From: Dirinaria sp. TL-2023a
Taxonomy: Eukaryota
NCBI GenBank assembly: GCA_051941275.1
Contig: JAVEBF010000056.1
Span: 1 to 38,098, forward strand
DNA: 38,098 nucleotides
Direction of reading: 5' to 3'
A program made the translations under genes and the position numbers. The stretch's first letter is position 1. Each line of letters begins with the position of its first letter. Shown piece after piece: positions 1 through 10,922 of this stretch. Under the pieces are notes generated by a model. The model had not been told where the DNA came from and searched no databases. It saw nothing but the letters and a program-made list of their open reading frames with translations.

Positions 1-1326
1 CTCTATAGAAGACGGAAGACGGAGGGGGAGGGGGGAATATTCTCTCTTTCTCTTTCTTTTTTTTTTTTCTGTATATTTTTAAATGGTTAGAAGGCAGAGG
101 GAAGGGGGCGCAGAATTTATGGCTTGGTACTCGTACTCGTACGAGTACATGTCTATAAAAGAAGAAGAAAAAGGACAAAAAAAAAAACGCGAATTCATTC
201 CCAGATCCCGCTCGATTCTAATCCATAAAAATCGTGATTCAATGGCGATTGCGGAATTTACTTCCAAATTCTCCCAGGGAGAGAATATGATTTGGTGGCG
301 GAAACTAAGGTACCTGCTAGATACCAAAGGAGTCCTTTATAGAAAGAACCTTATACTTCAAAGGTACCCTCTTAAGCCAAAAACCCCCCCTTCGCTTCAT
401 GACTCTCCGGCAAATGAGCATTTACATGGATACCAAGGGCCAAATCGAGAAGCGGAGAGGAGATGAAATTAAAGATTCAGCGATTTAACCGCTTGAGGGA
501 CGTTATCTAGTGGAAATGCGATGCTACACATTCGAGGGATGAGGAGGATGAGAGTTGAGAAAGCAGTATTTCAAGTGAAACCCTTCCTTCTATCCGCGTT
601 ATGAAGTCCACATTCTTGATTTGAGAGATGGGGGCGGTATCATGATGACTCGATGAAGTCTTGAGGTGATTTCTAGGTTAAAGCTTGGCTTCGTCGTTTC
701 TGATTGGGAAGCACCTTTGCCCGGTATATACTAATTAACTGGAGCATTCGTACATTCGTTACATACTGTAGCCACGATCTGACGGATATCGCAGTTTTTG
801 GAAGACGACATGCATGTTTTCCCATTGCAAGCTGTATGAGAAGACGAGAGATTTCGTGGTGCTGATGTACGCATGGGCGAAATGCGTTCATAGAGGACTT
901 CCAGATAGAATCTCTTTCAGTCCCAAATGGTTCTCTAGAGATTTCCTCAAGTTCGACGCCGCATTTTCAGGATAGCCGTTGGTGGAACCTGTATCTTAGT
1001 CTTCAAAGGTATGTGAGATTTCCGAGACAAAGGAGCTGTTGGTGGAACTAGTACAGTCGATGACCAATGGGATCCAATGAAGCCACGGATTCTAAGCTTC
1101 GTCTGCCTTGCGATTCAAGAAGCTGGTCGGCCGGACGTGCTGTGGCCTTATGTTTACGATGTGGCAGTCGCCGGACTCTGGTAAACTCCGCTCACCGGAG
1201 CTATTTCGCCCACTTCTTAGATACCGGAGACTGGCACTGTGAATCGTATTGTCCAACCTGTCTTCATAAAACGTAATGATGTCTGCATATTGCCCAAAGT
1301 ATGACGAGACGGTCAGACTTCCAATA

Positions 1327-4289
1327 TCATTTCTCCTCTCTCCTTTCCTCCTTCTCTTTCCCTTTCTCCTTATCTTTCGCCACGGTACCTATTGCAGGCC
1401 CCGGAGTCCTCCTCACATGTTCCCTTCTCCTCCGCTTGGGCATGTAAACATCGTTGAAGTTCATCACTACCCCTAGGAACTTCATGTCAACATCGCTCTG
1501 AACCGCCAGATCGCCCAGCAAGACGTTGACCCTCTGTTTGAAATCTTTGGCCAGCTCCCCTAATCTATGCCTGAGCGCAGGCAGCATCTGATCTTCCCCC
1601 GTCGAAGCTGCATTCAAACCCGGAATACCGGCATTGGGGTTCGGTGCGAAGGGACTATCCGTACCCGAGCGATTGCTGTTAATCTGGCGCGAAGATGGAG
1701 GTGTAGGCGAGCGAAAGTCTTCATCATCTTTATCTGTCAAGCCCCACTGACCTCTAGCGGTTCGGGTTTCGATTTTAGCCGCGATTTCCTGGCGACGAGT
1801 GAATTCCGCAACCGAGAAGGAATACAGACCGTCGACGACATCTTTGTACGACAGCATGATTTTCAGGATCTCGTGCAATTGGACCGTGAAGCTTTCCTCC
1901 CGAATCCCAGAGGCTGGCTTGCCAAGAAGCCCTTTGTGCGTGATCGCACGAAGATAGTTGGTGTGAGCACTAATAAGATCGTCGAGGGTGCAATCCGTCT
2001 TGTTGATGGCCTTTTGGAGCTGGTCCCAGCTTGCTTCAATGACTTCGAATAAAATATAATACTGCAGCTGGTTGACAAAATGAATCATTTCCGCAATACA
2101 GCATCGCGCGCTCTTCCAGTCGCGACTCAGCTTGTCGTCGACGGTGGATAGAACACCCCGAGCGCCGGTCATGCAGCGCCGCCAAGTACTACCAAGAGCA
2201 AACTCGACGCGCTTGACCCGCCAAAGGAGGTTGAATATGACCAGGTACTGCTTGCTAGCCCAAGGTGTAATCACTACATCGGCAGGAGCATCGACCTTAT
2301 ACTCAAGGGTAAAGACATCCCAGCCTACGTCACCATGACTGAGCTCCACCAAGCGGGCATCAAGGCGTCGGAGGACATCTTGAGAGTCGTGCTGAGCGTT
2401 AGAGCCGCGAATGGCGTGTTCGAGCTGGGCGGTAAGAGTGTGGCGATACTGGGAGCCAGCGGGATTGTCGAGGTTTGAAGCAAGCGACTCCATGAGCAGA
2501 GCTATGAAATCGCCTTGACCAAGCAGGAGATATTTCTTCAGTGCTTGTAGATGTTCGAGCAAGTGGAATTTGCTATTCATCAGGTGGATCAGTCGGGCCA
2601 TAGTAGTCTTATATGCTTTATCAATCGAGGTCTCCAGCGTAGCTGTGTCGCCGTAATGCAGCTCCCTAGAGGCCTCTTTACAATAGGATTCCACCCATGC
2701 AGAGTCGCCGCAACCGTAGCGGATGAAGTTCAGACTTTTGCCTATCAGGAATACTTTCTTCGCGAGCTCTTCGGCAACAATGGTGGGTACCATGCTTTCA
2801 TCCAGCTTGTACTTGTCTTCCCAGACGCTGGTTGCAGGAACCCTTCGAGCATCCTGTCCCTTCTCGCTTTGATCTTGCGCATCCTGCTCGATGATGAAGA
2901 ACTCGTGATATGGATCGCTCAGCTCGCCGTCGTAAATCCACTGCCGTAGCATGTCATAGAAGGGTCGTGTCACATGAACAAGCATACGCTCCGCGAAAGC
3001 AATTACAAATGGATCGCCGTGCGAAGACGAAAATCGATGGATCATAGATATAAGCTGGCCCCCTTTCTTGGCTGATGCTTCGTTAGTCCGAATTTTCTTC
3101 TAACCTCGGCGACTTACCCGCTGCTTCTTCCACCATTAGACTCATCAGCCGTAATCCCATAGTAGCCTCTCGCGTCCATATCACACATCGTTTGAGCGTG
3201 ACGCCGATTTTGCCAACGCTACCTCTGGCATTGCCATCATTTGCTGCAGAAGTAAGAGCACGCCTGATTTCTCCTTCTAAAGCCGCAATCAACCCCAGAT
3301 ATGAACGTAATTCATTCCCAATGGCAGCTCGTAAGCTCTGACTAACAAGACCCTCATCACGAGATTCTACATATTTTAACAGTCGTCGATACAACAGTGC
3401 CGGCTCGGCAAGTGTGTGTAATAATGATATAAGCGGCAAAGGTAGGGTCGGGGGAAGCTTCAAGGTTGAGTCGTCCGAGAAAGGTAGGTGGGTGGTTGAT
3501 AGACCTTGCAACATAAAGGGCAGATCATGTAGCAGAGTAGCCTCTGATGGCGCCGTATCATTGGACGTATCCATGTTCTGCTGACGCTCATTCGTAGATC
3601 CCAGAACAGGCTTACCCTCGTCTTGAGGTTTCAGAGCGCCATTGGTCTTGTTTTCCACCCTGCTCTTGGATCGGCTCTCACCTGTGGGCAGCCGAGACAG
3701 CCCCGCAGCCGCAAAGGTGTCTTTAATGGCAGAACTTTGCGACTTTTTGTTGATCGTGCCTATCTTCCAGTCGCTATTCTCGATCCCCAATGGAGCTCTC
3801 GGCGCATGGCTATCTGCTTGTCTAGGCGTTGCCTCGTTTCTGAGTCTAGTATCCGCGACCTGATTCAAAAAATGCAGGTGAGCCCACGTCTGCTTAAGAA
3901 CCGGCGATGCAAGCAATCGGGAATAGAGATTGGAAAAGCGGACAGCTCTCTCTGTGGAGTCGGCTTCGTCAAGTACTGTGCGCGCGTTTAGTGAGCGGGG
4001 TTTCACCAAACCTGGCAAAAGATGCGCCTACACTTTTGTTTGATGAGGTCGTAAACGTGGCTGAGATCTTCTGCCAGCGATGGCGCCCCGCACCTACCAT
4101 ATCAATCAGTAAGATGTGTGAGGAGCCATACTGAGAAACATGCCCATCAATAATACTTTTCGCGAGGTTCAGCTCGTCCTCATAACTTTGCTTGTCTGAA
4201 CTGTGTTCTTCATAGTCTCCTCCTAATACCAACCTACCGACGAGTTCTGACAGAACATTTTCCGTATGAGAATCTCTGCCTTCACCCAT
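1327..4289 (-). CDS. SPC98: Gamma-tubulin complex component 3 (Spc98/GCP3/Alp6), about 936 aa, 4 exons: 4289-4144, 4093-4032, 3975-3118, 3071-1327
   Basis: GRIP motifs are present: HGDPF, WIYDGELSDPYHEFF, IGKSLNFIR, LKKYLLLGQGDF, GWDVFTLEYKV, QYYILFEVIE. Splicing joins the 129, 311 and 572 aa ORFs in frame (2811 nt). The start could instead be a slightly more upstream in-frame ATG (about 4350-4358). Confidence 0.93.
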
Positions 4290-4624
4290 GGAGGCATTGT
4301 TGGTTCCCGCTAGGGTTGTTTTCGCCGCGATTGAGACGCGCTCGTTCATGAATGGCATCCCTGCACGGACAGCAAGGCGATCTGACCCTGAATTAGCCCT
4401 GAGCTACATTAGCAGCCAGGTGCTGCGCGGTGAGAGTGGTGAGCTGAGTCAAGCGAGGCAAGCTATGTACAAAGAAATGAGCGAATTTACTAGTAACATT
4501 CTTTGGAATGAAAGGCGTTTCCGGCGATCTATGTCAATGGAATATTGTCCGCAAAATACGAACCGTCAATAATTGCACCATACTTCCTGGGCCAAGTACA
4601 TGATGAGGATCCCAAGTTATCAAA

Positions 4625-4630
4625 ACGCGT
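4625..4630. promoter_or_regulatory. Possible MCB (ACGCGT) G1/S element upstream of SPC98
   Basis: A perfect ACGCGT lies about 340 nt upstream of the ATG, with further CGCG cores near 4326-4340 and 4425. A single 6-mer is weak evidence. Confidence 0.3.
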
Positions 4631-4976
4631 GATATATCTAAAATCATGGGAAAATCCGGCGAAGTACTTCATGTGTCGACAGAATTGACCAAAGCATTGC
4701 TCCAATATTCAATGAATTGAGGAATGGCTTTCTTCTGTTGAGAATTGTATATTACAGCATTTTCCGTTAAAAGTCACGACGGACAGACAAGGTATACTAT
4801 TTGTAGTGACGAAAGAGCGCTAAGTGCTCCAATCAAGTATGACAATCATACTGCAGACTCCAACCCATATGCAGTGTCTAATGATTGTCTATGTTCATAA
4901 GCCTCCCTTTACCGAATATCGGTCCAACCAGAGCCCAAACCATACGCCATCGACCGCTGTGGAAAAAAGAGCAGTG

Positions 4977-7748
4977 CTAAAAAGTCAACAACATCAACCC
5001 GGGATTGAGCACAATTGGCAGGAAGAAGTGGCTGGCCAGTACGGTCGCCAAGGGCCATATGGCAGTGAAAAAGTCGATGCGCCAGAAGGGCGGCGCAAAC
5101 TTGGCAAGATAAATCATAGCGCCGGTGGTGGTGATGCACCAAATAAAGGTGACTTTGTATTTCCGCAGTGCCTTGGTGACTTCCTCGAAGAAAGTGGTGT
5201 CGACCAATTCTTTGGCGGTGGCTCCCCAGCTCATGTCGATGCTGAACATGTGGCAAAGCAAGGCCTGGCTGACGTGTAGAGAGACCCCACCCAAGAAGAT
5301 GGTTAGAAGAAGGATCCATTTGAAATTCATCCACAGTCCCTTGGCTAAGCTCGCGTCTTCCGATCGGTACCTCAAAACGGCCAGAGCAACGTTACCCAGG
5401 CAGTTGAAGACGATGATGATGGCGAAATAGATCTTGAAAGAATCGATATAGTAGTGGTCCAGATGTCCGTTGAACCATCCGATCAGGAAGTAGTTGGCCA
5501 TTGTCAATATCCAGGCTGAACCAATGGCATAGTACGTTCCAATGTATGCCATAATCGTGATCTTCGATGGTAAGGGCATGCACGAGCCGATGAACTTCCG
5601 GAAAAGTGGAGTGAAGGGACCTCGGGTCAACCAGTAGCGCATGGGATGGAAGATCAATTCGTTGCATCCATAAGCATACTTCTCCCAGCGTGCAAGCTCG
5701 TCGTACACGGTCAGAGAGACACCCTCTTTGAAACCGTCGTTCGTATAACCGCCGAGGCGAACCAGATAGCCCGCAGTTTGCAGCCGAAGAGCCATATCGA
5801 AATCCTCAGACACTGTTGCTTCTGACCAGAACTTCTCGACACCATTCTCTTCGTACGAGATATCCTGAATAGCGGACCACCGGAGAATGGCGTTGTGCCC
5901 GACGAATGGGGCCACATCGCCGTTGGCAACAGCAAAGCGGATGGCAGTGTAAATCAGATTGGTAAAAAAGGTGATACCCATCTCGAAGAACGTATCGGAG
6001 ACATTCATCACCCCGGAAGAGTATTGAAGAATGGCGACTTGAGGTGATTGTTCCATCTCACTGACCGCGTCGAGGAAACAATCCTGTGGTACACGCGTAT
6101 CGGAGTCTATGAGAAGGATGTAGTCGCCCATTCGGACGTTTCCGCCTGCCCAAGTCCTACCTTGGTCTTCTTGCTTGACGCTTTCTAAGCACTCGTTATA
6201 CAGGTTCTGCTCGTCGGCCTGACTCCAGGCTGAGGGGCGTGCGAACTGGAGTAGTTTGTCTTCAACTCGAGAGCTGACTGCCATTGCATAGTTCATGTTC
6301 GAAGCCTTCTTGAATTTCCCGGCACGGATAAAGCCTTCTTGGCCGTCCGTTGGTTTGGGATTGTGCTTAGGACGAGCAACCCAACCAATTCGGTTTTGTT
6401 CGTAATACTCTTGTCGTAGCTGAGCGTCCTCAGGCGATATAAGTTGCATACCATCATCGTTGACGAAAATGTTAGCGGAGCCTCCTTGCATCTCGTAGGT
6501 TGCAATTGCTGCCTTTAGAGATTTCATTGTTGGATCAATGACCGAATAGAGACCCTCTTTGTAAACAGGGCATTGTATTGTCACATGTGGAAGGTTGTGC
6601 CGGGAGAGACGAACGGGGGCTTTGCCGGAGTAGTATTTCGAGTTCTCTTTCAGCTGATCGGTCGGGCCGAACAATTGAGCCACGCAGCCCACCACAGACT
6701 GCATGAAGAACTAGTGGGCGAGGTTAGCAGCGGACAGGAGTCTGTTGCTGAGTTGACTTACCAAGGCGAGCCAAATTTGCAGAGGCATAACGACAACGAA
6801 AGCGAGCCGGATCCAGCTTTTGTCGACCATTAGCTCTATTGCTATCTGCCGCCAGCCGGACGCAAGTGCAGCGATAATAAGGAAAAGGGTAGCAGCGCAG
6901 AGGAAGGCTTGATTGAGCTTTATCCGGCGTGGTTTATCTGTCAGGCCGTTCTCCCGTGCAACGCCATCTTCCGCCGAGTCCCAGTCTTCAGCTGGTACTT
7001 CGTTGACAATGACCTCCTCCTTCTCGTCCACGTCGTCGAAACCACTCATACCGCGTGAGAAAACCTGAATGAGCTGCTTCTCTAGGTCCTCGGCGCGTTT
7101 GGCACATTCCCTGGGATTTTCGGCCCAAACGACCAAGATACCCACATCATGGATAAATGCAGCATTTTGATGGGTCTGGCAGTTGGCCAGGTACGGAATG
7201 CTGGGGAGGACTTGTAGACGAAGTCCGTTGGGTAGAGGTACAAATTGAATTTCATCATGCTGCATGATCGTCCGGATGACTGAGGTGTTGACAGTCATCA
7301 GTATCTACATAGGGCGTTAGCCGAGCGAGTGGAATACACCATAACAACTCACTCTAGCATTGAGCGCTTTCGCAGCATCAAAGAGACCTCCTTGTTCACT
7401 TTCCAGCATTACTGGCGCAGCTGCAAACTTTCCCACTGCTTTTCGAATAACTACTCCTTCACCATAGGAGTTTGACGACCAAACATGTTCTTGCTGCATC
7501 TGGTAAACCCACTCCAGGGCAACAATGTGCTTGATCTCATTCACATGTTCGTCCGCATTGTTTCTGAAGTCCCCATCCGGGTACAGTGAGGCTCGCGAGC
7601 GAGGAGTAGCAAAGCCCGAATAGTTTGGGCTCTGGACAGAGTAGGGCGTTCGAGGCGGTTCAGATTTCTCATTGTAAGTAACTGTTGCTGGCGGAGGCGC
7701 AGAATCCTGCTTTTTGGCGGGTCGAATATACGACTTGACCACGTTCAT
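4977..7748 (-). CDS. Family 2 processive glycosyltransferase (cellulose-synthase-like fold), about 890 aa, 3 exons: 7748-7353, 7304-6762, 6710-4977
   Basis: GT2 motifs are present: QCPVYKE, NDDG, KKASNMN, LIDSDT (DxD), SEDF (TED-like), ELARW (QxxRW-like). TM helices flank the catalytic domain. Canonical GT-AG introns of 48 and 51 nt with CTAAC branch points. Confidence 0.9.
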
Positions 7749-10700
7749 GGTTGCGGGTTGTGCTGTCCCAACAGCGGAATGATTGCTTGTATGTGATTAG
7801 ATATTGAAATGTGGGAGGTACCACGTCCTCCTTGTCCTAATCTTCGATGGCTGGTCTTCTATATCATTAAAATTATATGTGGAAGAAGCTTGACAGGGTC
7901 AATTTGGATAGACTCGAGAGTCGAACACTGAACGAGCGACAATAGACAGAAGAAAGAAAAACCCTTATGGGGTATGGCAAACCCACACAGCCCGAGCTCA
8001 CAAGAGAGAGAGTATTCAACGAGGGAACGAGAGACGGTCTCCGGATCAAGAAGCGAAGAGAAGAGAGTTGAGAGGTGAGCTGGATGAAGTAGCATAGGCG
8101 GAAATAGTGGAGCATTGCAAGGCGAACCCAGACTTGGAATTCACCATACCATATCCGCCACGAAAGGCTAGAAAGCATCCTGGGTTTCCCTATCCAGACG
8201 CCCAATATGGCACAAAGTTCCGTCTAGACCTTTAAATGCGCCACGCTAGCCTAACGTGGTGGGCAGTCCCAGAAACAAACCCCTGACGTTTAGTTCCTTC
8301 GAGCTATCCAGCCGCTCCCAGACCTTGTAATGATGTCGTCAAGTCGCGTGTAAGCCGAATCTTGATATCTTCAAAATCCGTTGAACCGTCGGGGCCACCC
8401 TCCGGCGCTGTCCGGGTACACGGCCACACGGCTTGCCAGTTCCAAATACACGATATATGCATTGTTGGTAGTGCCGACAGAAACCTGTCTCAAGAATATG
8501 GTACACGTCGTGGTAGCTTCTGCTTGACCGCTCTTCGCCTTACTGCTTTGACCCGGTGAGCTTGTGCGCTTCTGAAGACGAATCCGCCCCCTCCCAGACG
8601 GCCGTACTCGCTGGGATGGATTTGGAAATGTGCCTGGAGCAAAATTCACTTTGGCGCTGAAAGCAGTTCTGGCGCGAATCGAGGCCTAGCTGCCAACAGA
8701 AAGATTGAGCCAGCGCTATGGGTATGATAGCAATACTAGAGCGGCGTAAAGGCATCGGAGTGGGGTTAGTACCCAGGCCAATCCCATCAGAGATAATGAA
8801 GTTTCCACAACCGTTCAGTACTAATTAGCGGTGGCGTGGACGAAAGGATGCGGTATGAGGGCTAGCAGGATGTCCTATTCGGGCATATAAGATCATCTGC
8901 TAGTCCCTGTTTATTCTGCACCTTCGGAGAAGACATTGCATCTAGAATCCTGAATCTGACACTATCAGCGTCGCAGACTTCCTGGCTCCTGCGAAAGCTT
9001 TTCCAGGAGCGTGGGCGTACCCTTGCTCGGCACATTGGATGCAGCGTCGACTGACCAATGATGCTGAATGATGTTCGTGGGTGGATCCTATGGCAAGATG
9101 TTGACTGCGGTTGTCATTGGAGGTTCAGGGGAAAGGATTATGTTCCGGAAGTGCCAGCACTAGATAAATACTAGCGCCCGCTCCCCTTCGGACACCAGGG
9201 GACGAAAGGCTCGAAGGCACCCTAAGATTGCTGCCAAGCTTTCCACATTATGTATTGAGTATTCCCACCTTCAGTCTTCACACATGGCCATCACAGTAAG
9301 GTACCCTTACCTTACATTACCTTACATACTGCAAAGCCGATCCCGCCCTTATCTACCTTATGTAAAGGATGCAGTGACTTCACAGATCTGCTAATACCAA
9401 TCGCCCGAATATTTCGAGGCCTGCAACTCTCTCATTTCTCTCATGATAACCGAACTCAGATCCAATGCTGAAACGATGCAGATAGCACGAGGAGTCGACG
9501 GGTCATGGAGATGAGGCTCGATTCAATAATGAGCCGCTCCATTATGCGCCCGCTGCGCTAACGACTGTTAGGCCCTTAGGGTCGACCGTTTTGGGTTCTC
9601 GAATACGCCGCCCCTGACGGTTGATCAACGCTTGGCGAAGAGTGGAAAGTAGCCTCGTCGAATGAAATTGCACACTTTCCAAAATAGATAGGAAGATTCC
9701 CCACGCGCCAGAGTCGCGAGGACGTGAAAGCCAACGAATACATACTTCAAAGCTGCTCCTCGCCCGTAGTCTCGGCTCCTACGGGGGGAGCTGTGGCGGG
9801 CTCGGCCAGGGTGTTTGTTGTTCAGGTGTCAGCTCTTTACCATTTCCAATCAAGTACACGGTAATTGTGCATAAGACGATCCTTCCAAATGTTATTAATA
9901 TTATTATTTTATCAGTTGACAGCTCGGCCAGATGCCTGGGGGGTCTCGGAGATACCGAAATCGGAATTGTGGCGCTGGCCTTGGCATCTTCAACCACGCC
10001 AGCCACGATTCAGCCACGACACCCGTCTGCGATCGCTTTCGCAGAGTGCTTGACATACGAGTTCCTGATACCTCCCTCATCGACAGTCAAGTCAAATAAT
10101 ATTAATGCAACATCCACTGCTCCTCAAGACTCCCCGAGTCTAGCGAAACCGGTTGTCCTCGACTCGCCTTCGACTGCCTCCAGCTAGAAAAGCACGAGCA
10201 TGCATTGGTTCTGCTTCGGAAGCTGCCGAGGCTGCTCCCTCCGCATCTCACCCCCTCACTTTCACATCTCCATCCTGTACTGTACTGTAGAGCTTTGACC
10301 ATTTCGACGCTGTCCTCATGATCGGGAATTTGACCAGCACCACTTGTCTCCTTGTTTGAAATACTTTGCGCGCGTTCCCGAGCAAGCGAACCTGACAGGC
10401 GCGCTTTTACAGATGTTTTTCGTGCTGTTTGGGGTCGCCCGCTGCCGTACCTTACTTATGCGATCTGCACCTAGGTTTGGGAAAAACATCAATGTGAAAT
10501 ATCTTCAAAGCGGGGAGCATCAAGAAGGCGTTGACCATGAATTTTTACACCTGAAGCGTGATTGCTCATTGCCGTGTATAGTTTCAATGGTATTTTGGCC
10601 CGCTGCGACTTATCCTCTTCATGATTACATCGAATTGGTAGTATGACGCGATCGCAGGCGGACTGAATCTCCGTTCACGTTCACAGCATTAGCTGCGCAT

Positions 10701-10922
10701 GAAATAGCATGCTGCCTTGGTTAACCTGCCTTGCGCTGCTATACCTTCAGTTACCAAGATCGTGAACAGCTGCTTAAGGCCGAACTAGTCTGCTCTCGAT
10801 CGGTCTTCGAGGCTTCTGGAAATTCACTAATTGACTGGTGCCTGAGTACGTTGTACCTATGCGAAGAACCTCTCCATGTCATGAAGTCGATTTGAGACGG
10901 TGGCGAATTTTCCTGGTGGTGT

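Noticed and set aside
83..466. 127-aa plus-strand ORF
   Set aside because: It is built from homopolymer runs, has no recognisable motif and has no splice support.
978..1048. Direct repeat GTTGGTGGAAC x2, considered as a CRISPR-like or transposon end
   Set aside because: Only two 11-nt copies in a eukaryotic context, with no transposase or terminal inverted repeats.
9779..10302. Short ORFs on both strands, one with a hydrophobic stretch (KIIILITFGRIVLCTITVYLIG), considered as a possible NLR partner or pseudogene
   Set aside because: The longer ORFs start at non-ATG codons, the minus frame is broken by stops, the hydrophobic run stems from an AAT-rich patch, and I could not build a gene model or recognise a family. 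A tBLASTx search would settle it.
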